From assembly GCA_040756235.1 (NCBI GenBank), contig JBFLZG010000114.1, forward strand, positions 64,001-128,000: a DNA stretch of 64,000 nucleotides. The letters are read 5' to 3'. The notes beneath the pieces are model-generated. The model was not told where the DNA came from. It saw nothing but the letters and a program-made list of their open reading frames with translations, and did not search any database. This DNA comes from a bacterium (GTDB lineage Bacteria; Desulfobacterota; DSWW01). A program made the position numbers and the translations under genes. Shown here in pieces: positions 1 through 10,877 of this stretch. Numbering within the stretch: position 1 is the first letter of the stretch; every line of letters starts with the position of its first letter.

Positions 1-145
1 GTCGCCGCCTTCATTCGGCTTCCGACCGAGGAGACCCTCGAGACGGGTACGTCGTTTCGGGCTCGCAAAACGGTTGCGGGTGGAACAGGGCGGGACGGCG
101 TGGTGGGCGACCGACAAACGTCCAGGCTGTCGGGACAGGCTCTGC

Positions 146-2161
146 CTAGCTCTTCTCGGGTTTCCTCCCGGAGGGCCGGCAAACACCATATCTCTTGCGC
201 CTCCGGTACATCGTGCTCCGGGACATGCCGAGCCTTTGCGCCGCTTCGCCGATGTTGCCTCGGGCGGACTCGAGCGCCTCGAGCAGCAGGCTCTTTTCAG
301 TTCGCGCGATGCGATCGAGCTGCGGGGCAAGGGCGGCCCCGGCCGGAGGGAGCCTCAGGATGTGGTCCGGCAGGTGCTCGGGCAGCAGGGTCTCGCCTTC
401 GCACAGATGGAGCGCGAACTCGATGCAGTTCTCCAGCTCCCGGATGTTCCCGGGCCAGGTGTGGACGCGGAACCTGTCGAGTACGTCGGGGTGGACCTTG
501 GAGACCTTCGCTCCGGACTTCCGGGCAGACTTCTTCAGGAAATGGGGGGTGAGCTCTTCCAGGTCCTCCATCCGTTCCCGCAGGGCGGGAAGCCGGATGC
601 GGACGATGTTGAGCCGGTAGAGAAGGTCCTGGCGGAAGCCGATTTCCTTCCTCTGCTCTTCCAGGAAGGTGCTGGAGGCAGCGATGATCCTCACGTTGAT
701 GTGCTTGTACTCGTGGTCGCCCAGCCGCACGATCTCCCCGTTCTCCAGGACACGGAGGAGCTTGGCCTGGAGGCCCGAAGACATGGAGTTGATCTCATCG
801 AGGAAGATCGTGCCGCCGTCGGCCTGCTCGAACTTGCCCTTCTTGCCGTCCTTGCTGGCGCCGGTGAAGGCGCCCCGCTGGTAACCGAACAGCTCGCTCT
901 CCACCAGCTCCCGGGGGATCGCGGCGCAGTTGATCGGCACGAACGGGCCGTCCTTCCTCAGGCTCTGGTTGTGGATGGCCTGGGCGAACATCTCCTTGCC
1001 GGTCCCGGTTTCGCCTTCGAGAAGAATGGGCAGATCGGTGGCAGCGAACCGTTGCGCCAGCTGGATGGCTCTGCGGATCGGCGCGGACTTCCCCCGGATG
1101 TCGCCGAAGGTATAAGGGGTCATGCCGCAGCTCGCCTTGGGAGACGGGCTCCAGGCGCGCCTCTCCTCCTCGAATACGAGCATGGCCGCGAGCGACCCGG
1201 CTCCCCGCTCCTGGAGGGGGATGCTGCGGGCGATCAGTCTCCTGTCCTCTCCCCCGAGCCTCCGGACCCTGAAAGGTGCATTTGCAGGCTTCTGCCCGGA
1301 CAGGCAGAGGGCGAGGTCTTCGGATTCCATCGACTGGCCGTAGTGGGCTCCCACCAGCTCGGCCAGCGGCTTGCGGAACAGATCCGCTGCGCTCTGGTTG
1401 GCGTGGAGAATCCTTCCCGTCCGGTCGAGGACCACGATGGGGTTGGGGGTTAGGCCGGACGTGCAGTCCAGGACCTGCCTGGCCTCTTCCATCTGGTTCA
1501 GCAATTGCTGGACGTGCAGATTCGACTGAATGGAGCGCGCCGCCGTCATGGTGAGGCCCAGGGCAAGACGCACGGACTCCGCACGTTCATAGGAGGTCGT
1601 CACGTCCAGGCAACCGCGGAGCCGGCCGCTCAAGTCGAAAATGGGAGCCGCAGTGCAGCAGAACCAGTGATAGATCTGGCTGTAATGCTCCTCCTGGATG
1701 AGGATGATCGGTTTGTGGTCGATCAGGACGATGCCGGGCGCCGTGCTGCCCAGCACGACCTCGCTGCAGTTCCCGCCCGCGACCAGGCCGGTTTCCACAA
1801 AGCCCTCGAGGACCCTTCCTGCGCCGGACTGATAGAGGATGTTGCCCTCGCGGTCAGACAAGAGGATCGCGTGAGAGAGCTTGGACAGGCTCTTTTCCAG
1901 GATCTCCAGGCTGGAGCGGGAGACTTCCGCCAGAGGAGCGCATGTGCGGATGAAGCGCGCCAGCTCCTGTTCGGAGGCGACCTCGGAGATGTTGATCCCG
2001 CGGGGATCCAGATTGGCCTCCCTGCAGCGCTGCCAGGAAGTCGCGACGCGAGGGGGAGAAGAGGGGAGAAGCGCGCCTCCGCGTGCGAAGGCCTCCCAGG
2101 CATCGAAGCGATGGCTCTTCGGGACGGCGTGCTTGATGAGCATGAGGGTGACCCGGGCCAT
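146..2161 (-). CDS. sigma54-dependent Fis-family activator (GAF-PAS-AAA+-HTH, AcoR-like)
   Basis: Walker A GETGTGKE, ESELFG..GAFTGA, FLDEI, WPGNIRELEN, C-terminal HTH (AAQRLGMSRSTMYR), N-terminal GAF (SWQRC...CTAAPI). Start trimmed to ATG 2161 (alternative 2143). Confidence 0.92.
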   Translation of the reverse strand: MARVTLMLIKHAVPKSHRFDAWEAFARGGALLPSSPPRVATSWQRCREANLDPRGINISEVASEQELARFIRTCAPLAEVSRSSLEILEKSLSKLSHAILLSDREGNILYQSGAGRVLEGFVETGLVAGGNCSEVVLGSTAPGIVLIDHKPIILIQEEHYSQIYHWFCCTAAPIFDLSGRLRGCLDVTTSYERAESVRLALGLTMTAARSIQSNLHVQQLLNQMEEARQVLDCTSGLTPNPIVVLDRTGRILHANQSAADLFRKPLAELVGAHYGQSMESEDLALCLSGQKPANAPFRVRRLGGEDRRLIARSIPLQERGAGSLAAMLVFEEERRAWSPSPKASCGMTPYTFGDIRGKSAPIRRAIQLAQRFAATDLPILLEGETGTGKEMFAQAIHNQSLRKDGPFVPINCAAIPRELVESELFGYQRGAFTGASKDGKKGKFEQADGGTIFLDEINSMSSGLQAKLLRVLENGEIVRLGDHEYKHINVRIIAASSTFLEEQRKEIGFRQDLLYRLNIVRIRLPALRERMEDLEELTPHFLKKSARKSGAKVSKVHPDVLDRFRVHTWPGNIRELENCIEFALHLCEGETLLPEHLPDHILRLPPAGAALAPQLDRIARTEKSLLLEALESARGNIGEAAQRLGMSRSTMYRRRKRYGVCRPSGRKPEKS

Positions 2162-2283
2162 GCCGGAAGCGGAAGCGTCTGTCGCTTCTCGCCATGAGGC
2201 GGCACCCGGAAGCAACAGGCTACAAGGAGCCTCAGCATCTGTCAAAGGGGCCACGGCACCCGCTCCTCCCCACCCGAGACCCT

Positions 2284-2311
2284 GCAGGGGCGAAAAATCT
2301 TTCGCCCCTGC
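2284..2311. repeat. REP-like palindrome GCAGGGGCGAAAAATCTTTCGCCCCTGC
   Basis: 28-bp near-perfect palindrome touching the ligase stop codon; same family at 12921 and 62964. Confidence 0.8.
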
Positions 2312-3840
2312 TAACTGCGTGCGTCGAGGTCCTTCAGGGATCGCCGCATGATCTTTCCCGTGCTCGTCTTCGGAAGGTCGGCGACGAACTGGATCAGGCG
2401 CGGGACCTTGTAGGCGGCGAGATGCTGGCGGCAGAAGGACTTGATCTCGTCCTCCGTGGTGGCGGTCATGCCCGGTTTGAGCACGATGTAGGCTTTCGCA
2501 AGCTCGCCCTTCACTTCGTCGGGGACGGCACCGACGGCGGCCATGGCCACGGCCGGGTGCTGCAGGAGCACGCGGTCGATCTCGGCCGGATAGACGTTGT
2601 AGCCGCCGGTCAGGATCATGTCCTTGCAGCGGTCGACGATGCAAATGTAGCCGTCTTCGTCCATGGTCGCGACATCGCCCGTGTGCAGCCACCCGTCCGG
2701 CTCGATCGCCTCGCGGGTGGCCTCTTCATTGCCGAAGTACCCCTTCATGACGATGGCGCCCTTGAACATCAGCTCGCCCGGCTCTCCCGGGCCGAGGGCC
2801 CGGGCCGGGTCGAGGATGTCAACGATCTTGACCCGGCAGTACGGGAGCGGAATCCCGATCGAGCCGTGCCGGTTCTCGCCCAGCAGGGGGTGCGTCGTAC
2901 CCAGACCCGAGATTTCGGTCATGCCCCAGAGCTCGAGCAACGGGCACCCGAAGCGCTTCTCCACCTCCTGCTCCACGTGGACCGAAATCGTTTGCCCGCC
3001 GACCGTGCATTTCTTCAACGAGCTCGTATCACAGCGGTCCATGCCGGCGTGGCTCAGCAGCATCATGTACATGCTCGGCACGCCCTCGAACATGGTCGCC
3101 CGGTGCCGGGTGATCGCGTCGAAGGCCGACTGCTCCTGGAACCTCTCGAGCAGAACCAAGGTTCCCCCGGTGAGAAAGGTGCCGTTCATGACCACGTTCC
3201 CGTACACGTGCGCCGTGGGCAGGGACGAGACCACGACGTCGTCACGGGCCTTCATGTGCATGTTGGCGGTCAGTCTCGAATTCAACAGCACCCCCCGGTG
3301 GGTGAGCATGGCGCCTTTCGGGTGGCCGGTCGTGCCCGAGGTATACCCGATGGTGGAAATTTCGTCCGGGCCCCTGTGGACGATCTCCAGCTCGTCCCGG
3401 CCCTTTTCGAGTAGCCGGTTGAAGGCGGCCGCGGGTGCCGGGGCATCGTCCCCGTAGATCACCACCTGCTTCAGGGTCTCGGCCCGGCGGGCGACCTCGA
3501 GAACCGCTTCGGCCTTGTCCGACGAGGTCAGAAGAGCCTTGGCCCCGCAGTCGTTCACCACGTAGAGGACTTCCTCCGGGGTGAGCATGACGTTCACCGG
3601 GTTCACCACGGCGCCGATCTTCAGCGCGGCGTAGTACCCGACGATCCATTCCCAGCTGTTCTGTGAATAGATCGACACCCGGTCGCCCGGGCTGATCCCG
3701 AGCCCCCTCAGGCTGTTTCCGAGCTTGCTGGAAAGGACGTGGAGGCCCCTGAAGGAAAAGGTCCTGTCCTGGTAGATCAGGGCGATCCGGTCTCCATATT
3801 GCTCGGCGCAATGGCGGATCAGCGCTCCGAGGTTTTTCAT
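2311..3840 (-). CDS. long-chain acyl-CoA ligase (AMP-binding family)
   Basis: YTSGTTGHPKG, WGMTE, GWLHTGD, LPKTSTGKI motifs; ATG at 3840 (MKNLG). Confidence 0.92.
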   Translation of the reverse strand: MKNLGALIRHCAEQYGDRIALIYQDRTFSFRGLHVLSSKLGNSLRGLGISPGDRVSIYSQNSWEWIVGYYAALKIGAVVNPVNVMLTPEEVLYVVNDCGAKALLTSSDKAEAVLEVARRAETLKQVVIYGDDAPAPAAAFNRLLEKGRDELEIVHRGPDEISTIGYTSGTTGHPKGAMLTHRGVLLNSRLTANMHMKARDDVVVSSLPTAHVYGNVVMNGTFLTGGTLVLLERFQEQSAFDAITRHRATMFEGVPSMYMMLLSHAGMDRCDTSSLKKCTVGGQTISVHVEQEVEKRFGCPLLELWGMTEISGLGTTHPLLGENRHGSIGIPLPYCRVKIVDILDPARALGPGEPGELMFKGAIVMKGYFGNEEATREAIEPDGWLHTGDVATMDEDGYICIVDRCKDMILTGGYNVYPAEIDRVLLQHPAVAMAAVGAVPDEVKGELAKAYIVLKPGMTATTEDEIKSFCRQHLAAYKVPRLIQFVADLPKTSTGKIMRRSLKDLDARS

Positions 3841-4180
3841 CCTTCTCTCCCGTGCCGAGAGGCTGATGCCAGTTGTCATTATGTCAGTTGTCAAGTACGA
3901 AAGGGAGCACGGATGGCGCTGCACGGATTGCCCAGCCCGCCATCCCTTTCGTTGTGCGGGCAGGGGGATGCCTGACAATGAAGACCGAGAACTCTCTTCA
4001 GCGCCATGGGACCTCCCACCCGGCCCTTCCCCTCCTCTCCGTCCTCCAACACTCCAGGAAGGGCCGGGTGGTCTGTCCTCACCGCGTATCCGTCAACCTG
4101 TCACCAGAGAGTGGGAACCGATGCCGTCGCTTTGCGCGCGATGCCCCCAAGCCTCTGATTCAGGATCTCGGCCTGTGATG

Positions 4181-4197
4181 AGCAAGGCGCGTGCCGG
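4181..4197 (-). promoter_or_regulatory. sigma54 -24/-12 promoter for the ligase/activator genes
   Basis: Minus strand reads CCGGCACGCGCCTTGCT (GG-N10-GC), pointing at the ligase and the sigma54 activator. Confidence 0.6.
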
Positions 4198-4531
4198 AGG
4201 GGACCACGTGCTTCGGACTCGCGCCTCATCTGCGGAACATGGCGACGACCAAGCGAAATCCTGGACGAGCGGATCCGTGCGGAGCATGTGCTTGCCCGGC
4301 GGCTCGCGCCCGGATGGTTCAACCTTGAATGACGCGTGTTTCAACGATTCAGGCACATGACACACGGAGGGACCGATCGGGAGCGAGAACGGCCCATCAA
4401 CCTTTTTTATAATTCCCCAGCGTCACGATCGAGGTCCCGGAGAGCGGACGGTTGACAAGGCCACCTCTTTGTACTATGGGTCCGTAACTTTTGTTTGCAT
4501 CCAGGTGCAGGGAAGGTCAAAGGAGCGCATC

Positions 4532-5548
4532 ATGGACCGGATCCGGAAAAGAGGTTGGCTATGTTCGATCGTCTTGGGCCTTGCGCTGAGCATGGTCGTC
4601 CTGTCGGCAGCGCAAGCCTTCAATCAACCACCCTATAATCTGGGCCTTACCAACGCTTTTGACGGCGCCATCCCCGGTCCGGGCCTGTACCTGATGGCTT
4701 ACACCCAGTTCTACAGCGCGGACGAGCTCGCCGTGAACGACGACGTTCCGCAGCCCGTGAGGTCCATCCTCGAGGACACCGAGCTCATCGCCTTGTCCGC
4801 CGCCTGGCAGATCGCCTGGATCACCAAACTGGAGCTCTTGGGCGCCTTCCTGGGCTGGAACGTCGTCATTCCCGTCGTGGTGTTCGACACGGACGGCCCC
4901 ATCAACTCTTTTGTCCGGAGTCTGCCCATTCCCGGCGATCGGATCGAGGATACCGGGGGCCTGGGGGACATCATCACCGGGCCGGTGATCCAGTGGAGCG
5001 GGAAGAGCCTTTTCAGCCGCCCCTATTTCCACCGCATCGAGCTCGACGTGATCGTCCCTACCGGCAAATACTCGGATGACTTCCTGATCAACGCGGGCTC
5101 GAACATCGTGACCTTCAACCCCTACTACGCATTCACCTGGTTTCCCACGCCCAAGACGGACGTGAGCTTCCGCATCCATTATGCCTGGAACTCGACCAAC
5201 AAGAACCCGTACGAGTCGCTCTATGGGCCCGACGCGGAGCTGCAGCCGGGCCAGAACTTCCATTTCAATTACACGCTGCAGCAGAACCTCTACAAGTCGC
5301 TCTGGATGGGAGCCGCCGGATACTGCATGTGGCAGCTCACGGACGACGATCTGAAGGACTCGGCCCTGGAGGGGACTCCTCTGGCCGACGCCCTCGTCCA
5401 GAAAGAGCGCGTGTTCGGGATCGGGCCGATCCTGACGATCACGCCGATCAAGAACATGTTCCTGAGCTGGGCCACGGCCTTCGAGGTCGGCGTGAAGAAC
5501 CGCCCCGAAGGGTTCAAGACGACCTTCAAGATCTTATACGGGTTCTGA
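4532..5548 (+). CDS. SphA/MetA-pathway-of-phenol-degradation family outer-membrane channel
   Basis: Signal peptide; YNLGLT..DG..PGPG, GGLGDI..GP, PTGKY...N.GSN motifs; C-terminal Phe; RBS AAGGAG. Confidence 0.8.
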   Translation: MDRIRKRGWLCSIVLGLALSMVVLSAAQAFNQPPYNLGLTNAFDGAIPGPGLYLMAYTQFYSADELAVNDDVPQPVRSILEDTELIALSAAWQIAWITKLELLGAFLGWNVVIPVVVFDTDGPINSFVRSLPIPGDRIEDTGGLGDIITGPVIQWSGKSLFSRPYFHRIELDVIVPTGKYSDDFLINAGSNIVTFNPYYAFTWFPTPKTDVSFRIHYAWNSTNKNPYESLYGPDAELQPGQNFHFNYTLQQNLYKSLWMGAAGYCMWQLTDDDLKDSALEGTPLADALVQKERVFGIGPILTITPIKNMFLSWATAFEVGVKNRPEGFKTTFKILYGF

Positions 5549-5676
5549 GTGCTGCTGGTCACACAATTTGGCTGCGCATCCTTGAGCTTGATTTCCCATT
5601 GCGATGTGGCGACCGGCAGCAACCATGGGATTTTGCGAGGCTCACAGCGCCGCGGCAAGCCGCAAGTCACGGCCTC

Positions 5677-5701
5677 GTAGGGGCGGATGGCCATACGCCC
5701 C
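5677..5701. repeat. GTAG-type REP-like palindrome (degenerate)
   Basis: GTAGGGGCGGATGGCCATACGCCCC, nearly identical to 10850-10877; lies between convergent genes. Confidence 0.7.
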
Positions 5702-5707
5702 ACCTCC

Positions 5708-7063
5708 TCAATCCCCGATGAGCACCAGATAATCGAGCACGGCCTCCCCGCCGGGCGGTACGGCCAGCTCGAACTCCACGGTCTGGGCGTCCTTCTTCTT
5801 CACCGGCGGCGGCTTGCCGATCAGCTGCCAGTCTCCCCAATGGTGCTCCGCGACCAGCACGGTGACGGGCCGGGCCTTCCGGCTTCGGATCCGGATCTCG
5901 ATCGTCTCCTGGCGCGAGCCCCTTGCCACCTGTGTCCTTTCCTTGACGGTGCGCTCGCCGGTCAGGTCGAAGGCGGCCCCCAGCTTCACCTGCACCTGCT
6001 CGTCCATGGCCGTGTTCTCGATCCGGTCCTCTCCGATGAAGATCTGCGATCCCTGGTCGTCCTCCCGGTAGATGCGAAGCCGGCCGGCAGGCAGAGGAAG
6101 GCCGGGGCCGTGCTGCCGGTCATTGCGGAACCGGATCCCGGCCAGGACCGTGCGCTTTGACCGTTGCCCCTCGTAGCGGTACGTCTTCTCGATGTCGAAT
6201 TCGACCGGGGCGAACAAGGAGAGCTGCCGGGCCTGGCGGTCGGGCAAGGTCGCGGCCCGGCCGAGACGATACAGGTGATATTCGGAGAAAGGTTCCTCAT
6301 CCGGAAAGGGCGCTGCCTCGGCCTTGGCCCGGAGCGAGTCCTCGGGCTGCACGCGCAGGGGGACCGGCTGGGCCCTGTGGACCTCGCCTGCGACCAGGTT
6401 GACCTGGACATCGGCGAAGCTCTTTCCGGAGGCGTTTTCTACGGTCGCCCACGCGGAAAGCTTCAAGCGGTCTTCGTCCCGGCTGGCCAGCGCCGCGTAT
6501 TCAGTTTGCCAGCCGAGCCCGCCGGTCAGATACGAAATCTCGATCCGGTGGCTGCCCGCTTTGCCGCTGTCCAGCAGCCAGGTGAGCGTCGGCCGGGTGA
6601 TCAGATCCTCCGGCAGGGCGGGGAAGCGGACGGTGGCCACGTTGTCCGCCTTGACCAGCCGGAGCGCGCCGTCTTCCGTCTGCAGCAGCAGGTCGCCTGC
6701 AGCGAGCCGGAGCAGAGTGCCCGGAAAAGCCTGTCCCTGCTTGTCCCCGACGATGATCGGGCGGCCCACGGACTTCTCCAGGACGCGATCCGCGTCCGCC
6801 AGGTCGAACTCGAAGCGTTGTTCCAGCAGCCGGATCGATGCCGCAGGCCCCGCAGCCCGGAAGGTAACGGAGGCCGGGTCGATCTGGGCCGGGATGTCCG
6901 CGAGCTTGTGCTCCTGCTCTCCTCGAGACAGCGTCAGGGTTCGCACCTCCCTCGCGAGGGCGAAGCGGTCGGCGTACACCGTCACCGTATCGCGTTCCTC
7001 GGCCAGGAGCAGAGCCGGCACGGCTGCAAGAAGCAGGGCCAGAAAGTAGCGCTTCGGTTTCAT
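5708..7063 (-). CDS. DUF4139-domain secreted protein
   Basis: Signal peptide; VTVY...ALARE, ISYLTGGLGW..EY, EYHLY.L, GLPLPAG.LRIY, IGEDRI..T motifs. Confidence 0.8.
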   Translation of the reverse strand: MKPKRYFLALLLAAVPALLLAEERDTVTVYADRFALAREVRTLTLSRGEQEHKLADIPAQIDPASVTFRAAGPAASIRLLEQRFEFDLADADRVLEKSVGRPIIVGDKQGQAFPGTLLRLAAGDLLLQTEDGALRLVKADNVATVRFPALPEDLITRPTLTWLLDSGKAGSHRIEISYLTGGLGWQTEYAALASRDEDRLKLSAWATVENASGKSFADVQVNLVAGEVHRAQPVPLRVQPEDSLRAKAEAAPFPDEEPFSEYHLYRLGRAATLPDRQARQLSLFAPVEFDIEKTYRYEGQRSKRTVLAGIRFRNDRQHGPGLPLPAGRLRIYREDDQGSQIFIGEDRIENTAMDEQVQVKLGAAFDLTGERTVKERTQVARGSRQETIEIRIRSRKARPVTVLVAEHHWGDWQLIGKPPPVKKKDAQTVEFELAVPPGGEAVLDYLVLIGD

Positions 7064-7283
7064 GGAGACTGCCTTTCCTGTTTGGCTGATCGCTGCCCGC
7101 ATCCTCCGGTTACACTATCATCGCCGGCTTTAAATGTGGACCGCGCTCGAGGGTCCCGGAGGCGGGCCGCCCCTTTTTCGGACCGCGCCGCAGCTTGACT
7201 TTGCGAATCGGAACCAAGATAAGCTGAAGGGCCGCAGTTTCCCGTCCTAGTCGGAAGGCAAGAGGAGATCAGGAGGAGGGGCG

Positions 7284-8789
7284 ATGACGACACCGATTCA
7301 GCAGAAGATCCGCGACAAGACCATCACGGCCAGGCAATGGGCGGACATGGTGCAATCGGGCGACTGGATCCTCACGGGTGCGGTTGCCGGCGAATCCACG
7401 GTCTGCATGGAGGAGCTGGGGCCTCGCCTCGGCAACGGCCCCGGCCAGGTGAAGGACCTCGAGCTCTGGGCCGGGGTGCGGGTGATTCCCTTGCACAGCA
7501 TCAAGGAGGTGGACCCGGAGGAAAAGTTCCACGTGCTGCACGAAGTGTTCTTCATGGCCTGGGAGCGCAGGCACCGGGACGAGCGCGGCACGATCGACTG
7601 GAACCACTGGGCCTGGTCGTTCGGCTCCTGGACCCAGTTCTACAGGTGGTATCACAAGGACAAGAGCCGGCGCGCGCTCGACTGGATGGTCACCGCCGTG
7701 AGCCCGCCTGAGGGCGGTTACTTCAATACCTCCTACGGCACCAACGAGACCGTAATGTTTTCCAAGTGCGCCAAGAAGGTGGTCCTCGAGGTCCGCGAGG
7801 ACTACCCGTGGGCCGAGCCGGGAGCGAACAATCTCCTCCACATCGACGACATCGACTACATCGTGGAGGTGGACTGTGAGAAGTACCGCTGGCCGCAGAG
7901 GCCCGAGCCGGAAGGGGGGGCGGTCGAGCGCAAGATCGCGGAGCACTGCCTCGGCATCATGGACCACGGAGACTGCATCCAGCTCGGGATCGGCGCGCTC
8001 CCGACCGCGGTGGCCAAGGCGGTGGCCAAGCATGGCCTGAAGCACCTGGGCATCCACACCGAGATGCTGCAGGAGGGGCTCATGGCCCTGATCGAGGCCG
8101 GGTGCGTGGATAACTCCCGGAAGCCGTTCGACCGCGGCCGCAGCGTCTTCACCTTCGCCTTTCCCTTCCAGTGGAAGCGCTACTACGACTTCGTGCATCG
8201 GAACCCCGCGCTGGCCGTCTACGACATCACGTACACGAACAACGCGAACGTTCTGACCCGGATCGACAACATGGTCGCCATCGACAATTGCGTGGCCATC
8301 GACCTGTACGGCCAGCAGGTGGCAGGCCATTACGCGGGCCGGCCCATTTCGAGCAGCGGCGGGTACTGGGATTTCATCACTTTCTGCCAGATGGCCCGGG
8401 GCGGGAGGAGCATCGCCACGATCACCTCCAGGAGCAAGCACGGCACTTCCCGGATCGTGCCCCAGCTGCCGCCCGGCAGCGTCGTGGACGTGTGCGCCCA
8501 GTCCGCGAACTGGGTCGCCACCGAGTACGGCATCGTGTGCCTGCGGGGGCTGACCGGGTACGAGAGAGCGCGGGCCCTGATCTCCATCGCCCACCCGGAC
8601 GATCGGGAGCACTTGGAGCGCGAGGCTTACCGGCTGAACCTCATCCCCAAGAATTTCCCGGGCTCCATGTGGCCGCCCGAGAAGCGGCGCTACCCGGATT
8701 TCATGACCGAACGGAAGAACTGGAAGACGCCTTACGGGAGCGTCCTCTGGGGATACGACTTTGAGGACGACGGCTGGTCCGGGAAGTAG
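7284..8789 (+). CDS. acetyl-CoA hydrolase/CoA-transferase (4-hydroxybutyrate CoA-transferase-like)
   Basis: IQLGIGALP, GIHTEM, SRIVP, VATEYGI..LRG....ERARALISIAHPDDRE; RBS AGGAGG. Confidence 0.9.
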   Translation: MTTPIQQKIRDKTITARQWADMVQSGDWILTGAVAGESTVCMEELGPRLGNGPGQVKDLELWAGVRVIPLHSIKEVDPEEKFHVLHEVFFMAWERRHRDERGTIDWNHWAWSFGSWTQFYRWYHKDKSRRALDWMVTAVSPPEGGYFNTSYGTNETVMFSKCAKKVVLEVREDYPWAEPGANNLLHIDDIDYIVEVDCEKYRWPQRPEPEGGAVERKIAEHCLGIMDHGDCIQLGIGALPTAVAKAVAKHGLKHLGIHTEMLQEGLMALIEAGCVDNSRKPFDRGRSVFTFAFPFQWKRYYDFVHRNPALAVYDITYTNNANVLTRIDNMVAIDNCVAIDLYGQQVAGHYAGRPISSSGGYWDFITFCQMARGGRSIATITSRSKHGTSRIVPQLPPGSVVDVCAQSANWVATEYGIVCLRGLTGYERARALISIAHPDDREHLEREAYRLNLIPKNFPGSMWPPEKRRYPDFMTERKNWKTPYGSVLWGYDFEDDGWSGK

Positions 8790-8953
8790 AGGCTGGCGAT
8801 AAACGCCCATCTGCTGCGTTGCGCTCGTGGCGCGGCATAGAGGCGGGGGAGCCTGCCCCGGCGAAGGCCGGGGTCATTGCGGCGTACTTCCATGTACGCC
8901 TCATTCCTCAGGACTTCGCGCGCCTTGCATCTGGGCATTTCTCGTCAGCCTCT
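8788..8953 (+). mobile_element. ~165-bp MITE-like repeat, complete copy
   Basis: Ends AGAGGCTG...CAGCCTCT; subterminal CCCATCTGC / GCATCTGGG; internal CCCCGGCGAAGGCCGGGG hairpin; homologous copies elsewhere in the window. Confidence 0.75.
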
Positions 8954-9130
8954 CCAGAGCAAGAAGAGATCAGGATGATAAAGGGGGCAGTTCTTCTTGT
9001 CCCCTTTTCTTGTTCCTCACTCAAGGCTCCTCGTCCGGATGTGAGCTGTTCCTCCCGGAGGCTTGACAGGGCGATCCTTCCTGGGAAAAAGTAGCTTCGT
9101 TCCGCCGTTTCAAATTACGAGGAGCAAAGA

Positions 9131-10843
9131 ATGCAGAATCGAACGTTGAGCTACGACTATGGGAAAACGGAAGATCCCCTTCTGTACACCCCCATCGGGG
9201 ACTACCTCGGGGAGATCGCCCAACGGGTGCCGCAGAACGATGCGCTGGTTTCGGTCTATCAGGACAAGCGTTTCACTTACCGTGAGTTCGATCGGATCAC
9301 GAGCGACTTTGCCAAGGGCCTGATGAGGCTCGGGATCGCCAAGGGCGATCGGGTGGGGATCTGGGCCGTGAACCGCTGGGAGTGGGTCCTCACCCAGTTC
9401 GCCACCGCCAAGATGGGCGCGATCCTGGTGAACATCAATCCCGCCTACCGGACCCACGAGCTCAAGTACGCCCTGCAGCAGTCGGGCACGCAGACCCTCA
9501 TTCTCATGGATTCGTTCAAACAATCTCAGTACCGCGAGATGCTGCTCTCGATCTGTCCCGAGGCGGATCGGGCGAAGCCGGGCGCCCTGCAGTCCGCCGG
9601 GCTGCCGCAGCTGCGCAACCTGATCCTCCTGGACGAGCGGCATCCCGGCATGTTCACCTTTGACGAGGTCCTGCAGGGCGGCCGCGAGGTCCCGGACGAG
9701 GATCTCGCCAGGCGCATGGCCGGCATCGACCCCGATGACGATATCAACATTCAATACACCTCGGGCACGACCGGCTTTCCGAAAGGCGTCACCCTGACCC
9801 ACTTCAACATCCTGAACAACGGCTACCACATCGCCAGGGTCATGCGATTCACGGAGCAGGACCGGCTGTGCATTCCGGTCCCGTTCTATCACTGTTTCGG
9901 GATGGTTCTGTCCAACCTCGCGTGCGTGACCGCCGGCGCCACCATGGTGATTCCGTCGCCGAGCTTCGAGCCGATCGCGGTCTTCGAGGCCGTGGTCCGG
10001 GAGAAGTGCACGGCCCTGCACGGTGTGCCCACCATGTTCATCGCCGAGCTGAACCACCCGGACTTCGGCAAGTACGACCTGTGCTCCCTTCGCACCGGCA
10101 TCATGGCCGGCGCCCCCTGCCCCATCGAGACCATGAAGGAAGTCATCGCCAAGATGAACATGCAGGAGGTCGTGATCGCCTACGGCCAGACCGAGTCCTC
10201 TCCGGTCACCACGATGACACGGATCGAAGACGCCTTCGAGCGCCGCGTCTCCAGCGTAGGCCGGGTGATGCCCTGGCAGGAGCTGAAGATCACCGACCCG
10301 GTCACCGGCGCGACGGTCGAGCGCGGCCAGCAGGGGGAGCTGTGCTTCCGGGGCTATCAGGTGATGAGCCGCTACTACAACAATCCGGCGGCCACGGAGG
10401 AGGCGATCGATCCGAAACGGTGGCTCCACAGCGGCGACCTCGGGACCATGGACGAGGCGGGCTACGTGAAGATCACCGGCCGCATCAAGGAGATGGTCAT
10501 CCGGGGCGGCGAGAACGTCTATCCGCGGGAGATCGAGGAGTTCCTGCGGATGCACCCGAAGATCATGGACGTCTATGTCCACGGCGTGCCGGACGTCAAG
10601 TACGGCGAGGAGCTCATGGCCTGGGTCCTGCCCAGGTCAGGGGAAGCGCTCTTGGAAGAAGAGATGAAGGAATTCTGCAAGGGGAAGATCGCACATTTCA
10701 AGGTTCCCAGGTACTGGAAGTTCGTGCGCAGCGCCGACGACTTCCCCATGACCGTGACCGGGAAGATCCAGAAGTTCCGCATGCGGGAGATCGCGATTCG
10801 GGAGCTGGGCCTGGAGGAGGCGGCCAGGATCCAAACCGCGTGA
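9131..10843 (+). CDS. acyl-CoA synthetase (AMP-binding, ACSF2-like)
   Basis: [47 protein letters not shown]. Confidence 0.93.
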   Translation: MQNRTLSYDYGKTEDPLLYTPIGDYLGEIAQRVPQNDALVSVYQDKRFTYREFDRITSDFAKGLMRLGIAKGDRVGIWAVNRWEWVLTQFATAKMGAILVNINPAYRTHELKYALQQSGTQTLILMDSFKQSQYREMLLSICPEADRAKPGALQSAGLPQLRNLILLDERHPGMFTFDEVLQGGREVPDEDLARRMAGIDPDDDINIQYTSGTTGFPKGVTLTHFNILNNGYHIARVMRFTEQDRLCIPVPFYHCFGMVLSNLACVTAGATMVIPSPSFEPIAVFEAVVREKCTALHGVPTMFIAELNHPDFGKYDLCSLRTGIMAGAPCPIETMKEVIAKMNMQEVVIAYGQTESSPVTTMTRIEDAFERRVSSVGRVMPWQELKITDPVTGATVERGQQGELCFRGYQVMSRYYNNPAATEEAIDPKRWLHSGDLGTMDEAGYVKITGRIKEMVIRGGENVYPREIEEFLRMHPKIMDVYVHGVPDVKYGEELMAWVLPRSGEALLEEEMKEFCKGKIAHFKVPRYWKFVRSADDFPMTVTGKIQKFRMREIAIRELGLEEAARIQTA

Positions 10844-10849
10844 GCGCTC

Positions 10850-10877
10850 GTAGGGGCGTATGGCCATACGCCCCTAC
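10850..10877. repeat. GTAG-type REP-like perfect palindrome
   Basis: GTAGGGGCGTATGG|CCATACGCCCCTAC between convergent genes; overlaps the stop of the next gene. Confidence 0.85.

Noticed and set aside
4452..4477. TTGACA...TACTAT promoter before the SphA-type gene
   Set aside because: The spacer is only 14 bp.
5551..5620. Imperfect inverted repeat GCTGCTGGTCACACA / TGTGGCGACCGGCAGC
   Set aside because: Single copy between convergent genes; probably a terminator-like or decayed repeat.
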